This document shows, one piece after another, positions 48,894 to 60,591 of a DNA stretch of 62,202 nucleotides. This DNA is from Octopus bimaculoides (taxonomy: Eukaryota), in contig NC_068999.1 in assembly GCF_001194135.2 (NCBI RefSeq), forward strand, positions 52,610,976-52,673,177, read 5' to 3'. The translations under genes and the position numbers were made by a program. Every line of letters begins with the position of its first letter. Position 1 is the stretch's first letter. Below the pieces are notes generated by a model that had not been told where the DNA came from, ran no database searches, and saw only the letters and a list, made by a program, of their open reading frames with translations.

Positions 48894-49029
48894 CTTTCAT
48901 GAAGAAACAAAAAAGAAACAAACAGATATTTAAAATGTATCATCATCATTATCACTAGTTTTATTTTACTGCTTTACATCCCTATCATTTCCTGCTAACA
49001 TTACTGGGTTTATTACAGAAGTTGTTGGT

Positions 49030-49365
49030 TGAGTGAAAGCAAAAGGAGGTGTGTATGAGGGCGTGATTGTGCTGACAATGTTACATGGTGCAGAAACGTG
49101 GTGGGGGGGGGGCTGAGAGAGGTGGAAAGGAGGTGACTGGATGTGTTTGAGATAAGATGTTTGAGGGCTATGGCTGGTGTGACACGGATGGACAGGATGA
49201 GGAATGAGGAGGTGTGAAGGCGAGAAGGAATGAGAAAAAAACTAACAACCAAAATGGATAGATGTATGTTGAGGTGGTTTGATTACATTGGAGAGGATGG
49301 ATGAGGAGTGAATGGTAAAGAGGGTGATGAAGGCTGAAGTGGTAGGCAGCAGAACCAGAGGCACA
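49030..49365 (+). mobile_element. Older RTE-type LINE ORF2 C-terminal fragment
   Basis: MLHGAETW..VFEIRCLRAMAGVTRMDRMRNEEV..MLRWFDY, with stops and frameshifts. Confidence 0.75.
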
Positions 49366-50162
49366 GAAGAAATAATGAGGAGCGGGGAAAAAAGGACAGG
49401 GAGACAGTGAAATGAAAAGAGGAGGGAAAGTGAGCAAGAAGAGAAGGCAATGAAATGTGAGAGAGGGGGAACGAAAGAACAAAGAGTGGAATGAACGATG
49501 TAAGTGTGAAAGGGCTGATAGAAAGAAGGGAAGAATAGTAGAAAGGATAGAGTCGTACAAGATAATATATGGGGTTGGTAAGCAAGCTACTTACCGCACA
49601 GCCACTCCTATGATTTCTATGGCTGAATGCCCTTCCTAATGCCAACCACTTAGCAGAGTGTACTGGGTGCATTTTATGTGCCACGGGTGCCATTAAAATA
49701 AAAACGAAATCAAAACCAACAACAACAACAAAAATCAACATGACCGTGTGGTAAGAAGCTTACTTCTCAATCACATGGTTCTGGGTTCAGTTACACTGTA
49801 TGGCACTTTTGGCGAGTGTCTTACACTATAACCTTGGGACAATCAAAGCCTTGTGAGTGGATTTGGTAGGTGGAAACTGAAAGAAGCCCATCGTGTATGT
49901 GTCCTTTTGCATCTGTGTTTGTCTACCACTACTGCTTGGCAACCTGTAGCAAGTCGTTTATGTCCCCATAACTTAGCAGTTCATAAAAAGAGACTAATAA
50001 AATAATCACCAGTCTTAACAAAAAAAAAGAAAGTACTAGGGTCGATTCATTTGACTAAAAATTCTGCAAGGCCACAGTCGAACAACATGTGAAAGACGAC
50101 AGACAATAACAGCCAGCTTAAAAAACAAACAATTAAAACACCACGGTAATGATATTAATTAC

Positions 50163-50326
50163 CTGTGGCACTCGATTAGTGCCAGAAACAAATGTTGATT
50201 GGGTAAAAGCAGAACTTTCAATGTCTTCCACTTTGATAGCAAAATCAGGCTGTTCTGTCAATTGGCGTTGCTCCTTTACCATTGTATTTTTCTCCTGCAT
50301 CTTTCGCAGCTGTTCATCAGCAGCAG
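50163..50326 (-). CDS. RSRC1: RSRC1-like exon (164 nt)
   Basis: Encodes AADEQLRKMQEK..VEDIESSAFTQSTFVS (compare RSRC1 AKADEALK..IESDSFVQQTFRS). Donor CAG|GTAATT. Confidence 0.9.
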
Positions 50327-50749
50327 CTGGAATTGGTTAATGAGAAAAAAATATTAATGAAAGAAAAAAAGAAAGCAAGATTTATGGAAATTCCAAATTC
50401 TAGGGCCTTGTGTTTATTCTAGAAATCCTGTACTACCAATTTACTCTGCAAAATAAGGATAACAGCGGCCTGTCAGAGAAATGAGCCCTGCAAAGTGGAG
50501 TGGCTGTTGCAAAGAGTGCATTTCTTCTGGGGTGTGTGGCCCATCACCCTCTCCATGCTCCATCTTCTACTGCTTTACCCCTCCACTGTTTTCTTTTCTT
50601 CCTTATCTCCCTTTCCCCCCCTGTTTCTTTGTATTCGTGGCAAAAGGAAATGAATAAAAGTTGATTATCTATCATTATGATAAAGATTTTCGTGGTGAGC
50701 TGGCAGAATCATTAGCACACTGGGCAAAATGCTTAGCAGCATTTCATCT

Positions 50750-50980
50750 ACATTATTTACATTTGACGGATATTTGTCCTCATCTTGTTTGTTGTTAACA
50801 CAACGTTTCGGCTGACATACCCTCCAGCCTTCATCAGGTGTTTTGGGGAAATTTTGAACCCAGGTTCTCATTCCTAAGGTATTTTTTGATGTTATTATTA
50901 TTAAGGTCACTGCAAGGAATCGAACTTGGAATCTTGGGGTTAGTAGCCTGCGCTCTTAACCACTACGCCATATGCCCGTG
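50750..50980 (-). mobile_element. Short non-autonomous element: tRNA-like head plus hammerhead-containing tail
   Basis: Minus strand begins GGGCATATGGCGTAGTGGTTAAGAGCG..AAGTTCGATTCC (50905-50977), followed by (AAT)n, a spacer and the hammerhead. It is colinear with the PLE 3' region at 17732-18000. Confidence 0.75.
50798..50841 (-). ncRNA. Best-preserved minimal type I hammerhead ribozyme motif
   Basis: ACAC CTGATGA A GGCTG GAGGGTATGT CAGCC GAA ACGT T GTGT. Stem I is ACAC/GTGT, stem II is GGCTG/CAGCC, stem III is the ACGT palindrome, and the cleavage triplet is GUU. Confidence 0.7.
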
Positions 50981-51543
50981 GCCCACAGGCATATGACTTA
51001 GAAAAATAGTCTGAGCTGACTCTTCAGAATTCTACAAGTAACAGGATGCACCTCAGTTTCTGAGTATAGTTGTTGGTTGGATATGAAATCCAGTCAATGG
51101 TTACCCATAATCCTGCAAAGGTGTTCAGGTGTATCCTAAGCGCCGCAGACAGTGTCTAAGCCATGCCACTATAAAGCATAATAAAGAAGACCAGAGACCT
51201 GAACCTTTGTCCCCCTGCTCAGATATCAGTAGTGCCAAACACCCTTGGTCAGCGAGTCCACAACTGCATCAGCATGTCAAAGTCTTTTCAAGACTTTGGC
51301 CTCACAGCTAATACTGCTATGGATCACACTACCTAGGTAAGTACCTGACTGGTACTTTATTGTATTTGACTCTAAAAGGATGAAAGGCAAGCAAAGTTGA
51401 CTGTGGCAGAATTTGAACTCAGAATGTTAAGATCTGGAAAAAATACTACTAGGCATTTTGTCTGATGCGCTTATAATCTTCACCTGCCAGCTCATCCAGT
51501 TATATTACAAACCAACAATGTTCTGCATCACAAAGAAACTTAC

Positions 51544-51595
51544 CAGCTGCTTTCAGGGCCATCTGCAGCCTAACCTTTGCCTGTTCCCCAGGTTC
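51544..51595 (-). CDS. RSRC1: RSRC1-like exon (52 nt)
   Basis: Encodes EPGEQAKVRLQMALKAA (compare RSRC1 PPAEQAKARLQLVLEAA). Acceptor TTTTCTTACACAG, donor G|GTAAGT. Confidence 0.9.
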
Positions 51596-51757
51596 CTGTG
51601 TAAGAAAAAGAAGTCAATGAAATGGAGTGGAAAACAATTTGGTAACTAGTAAGGGAATGGGGGGAAAAAAAATTAATTACAAAGAGACAAAATTATTGAC
51701 TTGCACCTGGCCATATTGATATAGGAATGCAATACTATAAAATTGTGACTTACTTAC

Positions 51758-51794
51758 CATTGTAGCAAAACCTGGTATTTTGGCACAGAGATCA
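51758..51794 (-). CDS. RSRC1: RSRC1-like micro-exon (37 nt)
   Basis: TTCTCTTACAG acceptor and ATG|GTAAGT donor. Encodes (S)DLCAKIPGFATM. Its phase 2-in, phase 0-out exactly bridges the flanking exons. Confidence 0.8.
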
Positions 51795-52085
51795 CTGTAA
51801 GAGAACAAAGTTAGGAAGATTTTAGATGTAGCTAATTTGGGGCAATTAATACTTCCTACATGTAATACTTCCAACAATATCCTCTATAAAGGCCTAAACT
51901 GCAACTAGAAGGCTTTCATATTTTATTGTTCAAGAATGTAACACATTAATCCAAAGGCCTAGTTTTCAGCAACATGCCAATAATGATTTTTAAATTAGGA
52001 TAGTTGACACCTCACACATGCAACATCTTATATAATCCAATATAATGAAACATTGTCAAGGCTCTAACAGCAGCTAGAAAAAGCC

Positions 52086-52460
52086 TGTAGTGACGTTATT
52101 TTGAGGGTCTTCAGCACGCATGCACAGGGTTGGAACCTTCTGGAAGTCCTGGGGAAAGGTCCCTGATGTGCATGCGCAGAAAACGAGCTGCAGCAGAGTT
52201 CTCTTGTATCTCAAACTCGAGATGCAGACGTGTCTTCAGCAGCTCTCTGCTCCCCTCTGCTGCTGACCGGTATTTGACCAGCTCTGTGTAGCTGGAGTTC
52301 TGTGAAGAATGCCTTCACAAAGTATGATTAACTCCAACTTTGCTTCTTCCACACCAGACCTGGCTACTGATTGTCCCAAGGTGTAAAATTTTGTACATAC
52401 AAAATAAAAGGATTGTTTTATGTTCGGATGTTTTCTTGTTCCGATAAGTTTCCTCTAACA
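52086..52460 (+). mobile_element. Solo-LTR-like segment
   Basis: Begins TGTAGTGACG and ends ..CTAACA, with AATAAA at 52403. GC-richer than its flanks. No TSD seen. Confidence 0.35.
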
Positions 52461-53479
52461 ATTATGTAAGGAATTGTGTAGCACCCTTCCAGTGCCAACC
52501 AATTTACCTCTTACAAACACACACATATATATAATCATATACACTACAGGTTTCCACACAGTTTCCAAGTACCATATTCACTTGCAAGGTGAATACTTGC
52601 CTAAGGTGCTGTGCAGTGGGGCTGAACCTGAAACCATGGGGCTGCAAAGTGAGCTTCTTAATCATACAGCCATGACTGCATCTGCACTTAGATCTTAATT
52701 TATAGAACTTCATAATTCACGAATAGATTTTCATAGCATTGATGAAAGGATGAAAGGATGTGAAAGATTTTGATGATATTTTTAATTAGTGCGGATGAAT
52801 CTTTTCTTTTATTTTTTAAAAGATAAAGGCAAGATTTGAACTCAGAACATAAAGGTATGCAGCTAAATACCACAAGGAATTTTGTCCATTCTTCTACCAA
52901 TTTTGACAATCCATATAATAATTCAAAAATATATAACAATGATTTCTGGTACAGGCACAACAAGACTAAAGATGTTTCAGGGAAGTGTAGTTGATGATGA
53001 TGATGACAACGGAAGCAATGAAGATTTTACCAAATTTTTAAGGGTTAATTATCAAGAGCTGAACTTACTCTTTCTTAGAAGCAGTGGTGGTGGTTGTTCC
53101 TTGTTTTGATTCTGGACTGGTAGACTGCCAAGAATGGTAACTACTTCTGTCTGGAGATCTAGACCTACAATGTATTAAGATAACATGCTGGATCATTTTT
53201 TCACTCTTATCAGTCAGAGGACTGCTTCCATACAGGGGTACCGGTACATATTTTGGTTAGGTATACACACACATGCCTGCACATGCATGCACATGCATGC
53301 ACACACACGCACATACACATGGAGGGCTTTGTATGGCTCTGTATAGCACGTTCCCTTACAAGGCAAGGATTGGCCTGGTGTTATAGAAGACCCTTGCCTA
53401 ATACTGCACAGTGGAATTGAAACTGAAACCACATTGCTGGGAAGTGGTCATCTTAACCATCACAAAGCCTTGCCTCTGC

Positions 53480-53524
<45 letters not shown>

Positions 53525-53630
53525 ATATGTACACATAAACATATAAACCATATGTGCCTAAGAGAAAGACACTTGTATATATTTGGAAAAATCAGTAAAT
53601 TTACATGAGAATAAAAAATAAATCTGGTAC

Positions 53631-54221
53631 CTTTTTGATCGTTTCGAATGTTGGTTTGACCTCCGGTCAGAGGATGACCATGACTTGCTTCGGCTTCGTG
53701 ACCGGCGGCGGCTATGAGATCTAGATTCTTTGTAATCTGACTGTGTTGAGCTAGATGGTCGGTAATAGCTCCTTGACTGATGCCTGTCACCGTTTCTATC
53801 ACGAGAGTGGCTCCTGTCTTTGTATTTACTTTTGGTTCGTGAAGACTTTTCTCTGGACCGTGACCTGTCTCTGCTGGACCGCGACCTATCTCTGCTGGAT
53901 CGTGACTGTTCTCTCGAACGTGACCTGTCCCTAGACCCGCCTTTGTTTTTATAACGGTCGGAGCTCCGGTTTTGATCAGAGTCCCGTGCTCGTTCACGTG
54001 AATGAGATCTGTGACTGGAAACTTCCCTTGAATAGCTTCGGCGCCGCTTGAACTTGTCTTTGTCTCTGTCCCAAGACGGAGATCTTCGATTTGAGCGATC
54101 CCTTGAATAACTTCGGTTGGAATAGGTTGGAGACCGACTGTTAGAGCGATGTCTGTGTTTCTTTTTGCTTTTGGATTTCTTCTGATGACGATCTTCATAT
54201 GATGATGATGAACTCTCAGAT
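53631..54221 (-). CDS. RSRC1: RSRC1-like RS-domain exon (591 nt, phase 2-2)
   Basis: Continuous Arg/Ser-rich frame SESSSSSYEDRH..SRSRSKS..HSKRSK. Acceptor ATATTACTAG, donor AG|GTACCA. Confidence 0.88.
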
Positions 54222-56650
54222 CTAGTAATATAGAACCCCAAAGAAGTTAGCCAAGGGCAGAAAGATATAGAAAAGAAAAAGAAAATAAAAACCCAAATAA
54301 TTTCACTCTCCACTCACTGCACCCTTACATGTTGTAAGAACTACATTTTTAGTGTTTTGAGATGTTAAACTCTAGTTTTGAGGGTCCATTTGGGAGTTTG
54401 AAGTTTTAGGGAGCCTGGGGTTACTCCTTAGCCTCCATCACCCTCAGGTATACTCTGGCTCAGGGTTATAGTACTTGTCAAGAGCTCCAGTTATGGGTCA
54501 AATAGCAGAAGATGATCCTTCAGTAAAAAAAAAAAAAACATACAGAACTTGGAGGAGGACTGACCCATAGTTGTGTGTCACAGACCCACCATTGAGTGGA
54601 CATGCTATGATGTCACACAAAGTCCTCCTGCCCCAAGGGTTAAATAGGCCTTCTGCCTCAAGGTTTAGCTGGGGAGAGTAGGGACCTCCACAGTGAACTT
54701 CTTACTCACACAGCCACACCTGCACCCATANNNNNNNNNNNNNNNNNNNNNNNNNNNNNNNNNNNNNNNNNNNNNNNNNNNNNNNNNNNNNNNNNNNNNN
54801 NNNNNNNNNNNNNNNNNNNNNNNNNNNNNNNNNNNNNNNNNNNNNNNNNNNNNNNNNNNNNNNNNNNNNNNNNNNNNNNNNNNNNNNNNNNNNNNNNNNN
54901 NNNNNNNNNNNNNNNNNNNNNNNNNNNNNNNNNNNNNNNNNNNNNNNNNNNNNNNNNNNNNNNNNNNNNNNNNNNNNNNNNNNNNNNNNNNNNNNNNNNN
55001 NNNNNNNNNNNNNNNNNNNNNNNNNNNNNNNNNNNNNNNNNNNNNNNNNNNNNNNNNNNNNNNNNNNNNNNNNNNNNNNNNNNNNNNNNNNNNNNNNNNN
55101 NNNNNNNNNNNNNNNNNNNNNNNNNNNNNNNNNNNNNNNNNNNNNNNNNNNNNNNNNNNNNNNNNNNNNNNNNNNNNNNNNNNNNNNNNNNNNNNNNNNN
55201 NNNNNNNNNNNNNNNNNNNNNNNNNNNNNNNNNNNNNNNNNNNNNNNNNNNNNNNNNNNNNNNNNNNNNNNNNNNNNNNNNNNNNNNNNNNNNNNNNNNN
55301 NNNNNNNNNNNNNNNNNNNNNNNNNNNNNNNNNNNNNNNNNNNNNNNNNNNNNNNNNNNNNNNNNNNNNNNNNNNNNNNNNNNNNNNNNNNNNNNNNNNN
55401 NNNNNNNNNNNNNNNNNNNNNNNNNNNNNNNNNNNNNNNNNNNNNNNNNNNNNNNNNNNNNNNNNNNNNNNNNNNNNNNNNNNNNNNNNNNNNNNNNNNN
55501 NNNNNNNNNNNNNNNNNNNNNNNNNNNNNNATCGTCATCATTTAACGTCCGCTTTCCATGCTAGCATGGGTTGGACGATTTGACTGAGGACTGGTGAACC
55601 AGGTGGCTACATCAGGCTCCAATCTGATTTGGCAGAGTTTCTACGGCTGGATGCCCTTCCTAATGCCAACCACTCCGAGAGTGTAGTGGGTGCTTTTACG
55701 TGCCACCGGCACAAAGGCCAGTCAGGCGGTACTGGCAACGGCCACACTCAAAATGGTGTATTTTACGTGCCACCTGCACAGGAGCCAGTCCAGCGGCACT
55801 GGCAAAGATCTCGCTATATATATATATATATATATATATATGCAGAAAATTAGGATTCAAGTGAGTCAGGCACTTAAATGGTAAGGAACTGGGTCAGATC
55901 AAAATTAAAATGCATACACAACAAAGATAGACAAGTACATATGCGAGTACCGAAGTACAGGCAGAAAGGTGTTCAGGTTATGTATATGATTAATTGAACC
56001 GGACGAAGTACATCACTAGCTCTTGGGCTAATCAAGAAACATACATTGCATTAAATATACGATCCATAATATATTTTGGATCAGGTGAGGAGCAGGTTCC
56101 GAGAGAGGTGAATTATAAATAATCTGTTGTTATATATATATATATATATAAATATAGATCAAAACAGTCTAATTCAAACTCTTCGGTACTCTGAGTTTCA
56201 AGTGTGTGGCTAGTCTTTGGCCATTGGGGTCTGAATGTATATACATACATACATACACATATATATTCTTTTATTTCTTTCTGTCATCTGACTGTGGCCA
56301 TGCTGGAGCACTGCCTTTAGTCGATCAAATCGACCCCAGGACTTATTCTTTGTAAACCTAGTACTTAATCTATCAGTCTCTTTTGCCAAACTGCTAAGTT
56401 ACGGGGATGTAAACACACCATCGTCGGTTGTAAAGTGATGGTGGGGGGAACAAACACACACACACACACACACACACATACATATACGATGGGCTTCTTT
56501 CAGTTTCCTTCTACCAAATCCACTCACAAGGCTTTAGTCGGCTCGAGGCTACATCATAAGACACTTGCCCAAGGTGCCATGTAGTGGGAATGAACCCGGA
56601 ACCATGTTGTTGGGAAGCAAGCTTCTTACCACACAGCCATGCCTGCGTCT

Positions 56651-56690
<40 letters not shown>

Positions 56691-56792
56691 GCAGGGACAG
56701 ATTGATACATATACAAATCACATAATGCCAGCGAGATAGCCAACTATATATACATGACAATAAGCAAATGATATGTTTAATTCTGTTCTGAC

Positions 56793-56866
56793 CTTGATCG
56801 TGAACGGCGTTTCTTCTTCTTCTTGTGTTTCTTCCTCTCCTCATCACTGTCCAGGTAACGACCCAT
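56793..56866 (-). CDS. RSRC1: RSRC1-like first coding exon
   Basis: Encodes MGRYLDSDEERKKHKKKKKRRSRS (compare RSRC1 [24 protein letters not shown]). Acceptor at 56877-56878 leaves 10 nt of UTR. Donor AG|GTCAGA, phase 2. Confidence 0.88.
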
Positions 56867-59126
56867 CTTTGCAATGCTGAAACAATCGTTAACATTAATT
56901 AGTTATAAACTAATTACCTAAAAGAATATGTATATAATCGCTTCTCAGTGTAATTTGAACTAAGACATGTTTGTTTTTGATGATGATGTAGTGTAGTAGG
57001 AAGGGTTGAGACTCACTTAAATATTTCACAGTTATTGTAGTTGTTTAACTGCGTGTCAGTTTCTGATAAAAAAATATTCAAGTCATGACCACCCAGCCTT
57101 TTATTAATTTTTCAGACGCAGTTTAACTAATATGCTCTTTATTCTCAAGATAGTAGAGTGTTTAATTTGAGAGACTTGGCTACTATATCTAGCTGGTCAA
57201 GCGATAATGATGATGCTATTCGTTGGCTCGTGTATCAGCGCATACTTTGTGTTTTCACATTCAAAGTTCAAATCCCGCTATAGTGGAGTTTGTCTTTCCT
57301 AACTCCCATACTATCGTGAATCGATAAAATACGTATCAGGCATATAATTGCGATTGGTTTAATAAAATATACCCATTTTTGTGCCAATCTAACAAATCTT
57401 TATTATCATCTAAAATAAATATATACCCGTTGATGATATAAGATGGAATACGGTAAAAGGATACAAAAAAAATTAATTAAAGACAAATAATCATAAGAGT
57501 AACGATAATATTAGTACTCTTAACATATTATGTCGATTAATTACGTGAATGTGACAAAACATATCGAATTTAATATAATTAGAAGACTTACATCGTTCTG
57601 CTGTTGAATAATGACTATTACGGTGATATAGCGGTGTAACGTACTATTGTGACTCCTCGTCTTTTATGCCCGTCACTCACTACATTCAAACCCTATCGAA
57701 GTCTAACCTCTAGATGACTGTTTACAATGGTCCGAACCACCAGGTTATCGAAGACCAGTTTTTACTTCAAATAGTGTCAAAATGACGATCACAAATTTTC
57801 CTGTGGTGCCTGGTCTCGGAATTGGTGCTCTTCACTACGGGATATGACATCATTGTTAAAACCCATCTACAATGCTATCTTCAGGAAGGATTGTCTTGAC
57901 GATTATACTAAAGATGCAACAGAATACTAGTGGAACAGTTCAATAAAAACAGCAATCCAAAGCAAACGTAGTATGTCTAATACTGTTCTATGGATACAGA
58001 GAACAAAAATCATGTACCGTTGTAGAGTTTAGTTTCCCAGCGGATATAGATTCTTATGTAAAACTGAAGAAAAAGAGAACGTCTATGGTGTCTTAATGAC
58101 AACTTTTTTTAAGCAGACGATATAAAACTTACTGTTGTTATATCTAGAGATGATGGGAAGGAGGGATTCCCAGACGTCGACAGCATTCAAGGTGAACACC
58201 AATTGTATCGAGGGAGAAAACTGTTATAATAGACGTATTCATGGCTGTGTGGTTAAGAAACTTGCTTTCAGCCACGTGTTTTCGGGTTCAATGCCACTGC
58301 GCAGTACTTTGGACAAATGTTTTCTACTTATAGTCCCTGGGCCGACCAATACCACGTGAATCAATTTGGTTGACGGAAACTGTGAAATCCCGTCGTGTAT
58401 ACGTGCGTGCGTGCATCTTTGTGTCTGTATTTGTCCCCTGACTACACCCACCGATTAACACCCGGTGCTGGTTTGCTTGCATTCCCGTAACCTAGCGTTT
58501 CGGCTAGGTGTCTAGATGGAATAAGTGCAAGCCTTAAAATGTAGGTACTGGAAGTTGATGTGTTCGATTAAGGCGGTCCCCCCAGCATGGCCGCTGCCTA
58601 ATGACTAAAACGAGTAAAAGATAAAAGAAAAAAAGAAGATAAAACTAATTATTAGCATTGGAATGTCACCGAAGACGGAGTTTTGGGGATTCAGGCAGTG
58701 GCTCTCATGGCTTTTGATCATAACTTATTGGAAGTGTTATCATGTACATTGTTTTGTCTTGGTATAAAAGATGGGCTGCAGCAAATATTCTGTATTCTGC
58801 TCAATACCACAGATTTGCTTGTCAGTTGTTTGACCTTAATCAGTTGAGCATGTCCCTTCGTGACTGACGATATGTTCATCTCTGATCGCGATCAGAAGTA
58901 GTTGGGAAGCGTCATAGCCATGTGTTCAGGGGAATTCTTTGGGGTTTGAATAATTCATCTCTGGAAACATGGGTGTTTCGTTCAACATCGTTCAACAACC
59001 CTTATTCAGGGACCTTTTGAGCGAGATGGGTTACTTGACCTAAAGAAAATTCTAACTGGAGCCCACCAGCAATGTCATGCGCTATTTATCTTGAAATGGG
59101 ATCACTATGTCGTGCACATATGGTAG

Positions 59127-59533
59127 TGTAGTAACGCTGTGCGCATGCGTAGTCGCACGCATGCGTGGAATTCAACAAGCAAGCTTTCCCGCTTTGATCT
59201 GTCTCTTTCTCGGTCGGCCGGCCATGAGCATGGACGTGTCAAGCAGTGTCTCCAACATTCCAACTCTGGAGACAGTCTCTTTCTTGCTGGCCAGCAATTG
59301 AGCATGGACGTGTTTAGCTGTCTCTCACCATCTTTCGAACTTACGCTAGACAGCTCGCTTACATCTACACACCAACGTCCCAACAACAATGCTCACACAC
59401 ACAGAAGCTGTAACAACAAACAAGAGCTAAAGATGTATATATTTACCACCTGAATAAATGTTGTATAAGTTGATAGTCTGGAGTTCAGCGTTCCGTTTAA
59501 TTTCTAATTTTATATAGGAAAGTCAGGTATACA
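59127..59533 (+). mobile_element. Solo-LTR-like segment
   Basis: TGTAGTAACG...GGTATACA with AATAAA at ~59453. Its start resembles 52086. No TSD seen. Confidence 0.35.
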
Positions 59534-59704
59534 TCTAATGATGTATAACCAACTTTCCTATAGTAGTGATGCATGTGCCTGGTTTACCCTTATCAGACGG
59601 ATAGTCGTGCTGGGTATATTGGGCTTCATATATTGGTACCCCAGTGTCATTTTGATGGAATGCGCAGCTCTCTTACTCAATAATAATAATAACAATAATC
59701 CTTT

Positions 59705-60118
59705 CTACTGGAAGCACAAGGCTCTTCAAAAAAGAAGGTTATGGTGACTGTTTGGTGGTGTACTGCTGGACTCATCCACTATAACTTCTTAAAACCCGGA
59801 AAAATCATTACTGCAGAAACATGTTGCCATGAATTTGCCATATTGCCACGAAAAACTCCTGCTACTCTCTCCAAGACTGGTCAACAGAAGAGGACCAACC
59901 ATTCTTCACGACAATGCTTGACCACACTCTTCACTAATGACGCTCCAGAAGTTGAGGGAACTTGGCTATGAAGTTCTTCCCCATCCAACTTATTTCCCAG
60001 ACCTTTCTCCTTCCGATTACCCTTTTCTAAGCACCTTGATGGTTTCCGACCAGGAGAGGAGTTCAAAAATCAAACCGATGCTGGAAGTGCGTTCGAAGAG
60101 TTCATCAGTTCCAGAACC
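59705..60118 (+). mobile_element. Mariner transposase catalytic-domain relic
   Basis: KKVMVTVWW..GLIHYNFLKPG..ILHDNA..LGYEVLPHPTYFPDLSPSDY, with frameshifts. Confidence 0.88.
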
Positions 60119-60166
60119 CCAGATGTTTATGTCGACGGATATTTGTCCTCATCTAGTTTGTTGTTA

Positions 60167-60206
60167 ACACAACGTTTCGGCTGATATACCCTCCAGCCTT
60201 CTTCAG
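60167..60206 (-). ncRNA. 5'-truncated hammerhead motif copy
   Basis: CTGAAGA A GGCTG..CAGCC GAAACGT T GTGT. The upstream ACAC of stem I is missing. Confidence 0.5.
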
Positions 60207-60207
60207 C

Positions 60208-60534
60208 TGACAACAAGGTATGTGATAAGGAAGAAAGAAAAGTCGATAGATATCACAGGTCAGCTTGGGAGGTTAAGCAGTTGAGGTCGATGAAAAAAGT
60301 GGTAGTAGTACGAATAATTGTTAGAGTCCTGGGAATAGTGAGTAAAAATCGTGAGAAGTACACGGAACAAATAGGGGCTGCAATAAGGGTGGAGCACTTG
60401 CACAAAACAGCACTGCTTGGAGCCGCTCGAATACTCCGGAAGGTGCTCGAAAAATAAGAGGTGTTACCTTAGTTCACTGGTAGTGAACAGCTGACATCGT
60501 AGTACATTTCCAGCGTTAGAAGCTGTGCAATTTC

Positions 60535-60590
<56 letters not shown>
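60208..60590 (+). mobile_element. 3' end of a restriction-like-endonuclease (R4/Dong-type) non-LTR retrotransposon ending in (AAT)n
   Basis: DNKVCDKEERKVDRY..VVVRIIVRVLG..LHKTALLGAARILRKVLEK-TAA (60455-60457), a short 3' UTR, then ~19 AAT units. Confidence 0.75.

Positions 60591-60591
<1 letters not shown>

Noticed and set aside
49168-49741. 130-152 aa hydrophobic minus-strand ORFs resembling membrane proteins
   Set aside because: They are antisense translations of a purine-rich LINE fragment and low-complexity GA tract inside an RSRC1 intron.
50905-50977. Possible functional tRNA gene (also the SINE heads at 24767, 13448, 9366)
   Set aside because: The acceptor and T stems are mispaired, there is no oligo-T terminator, and each is fused to a repeat body. 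They are tRNA-derived, not tRNAs.
53518-54198. 226-aa alternative-frame ORF overlapping the RS exon
   Set aside because: It is a shadow frame of low-complexity Arg/Ser codons with no independent motif or splice support.
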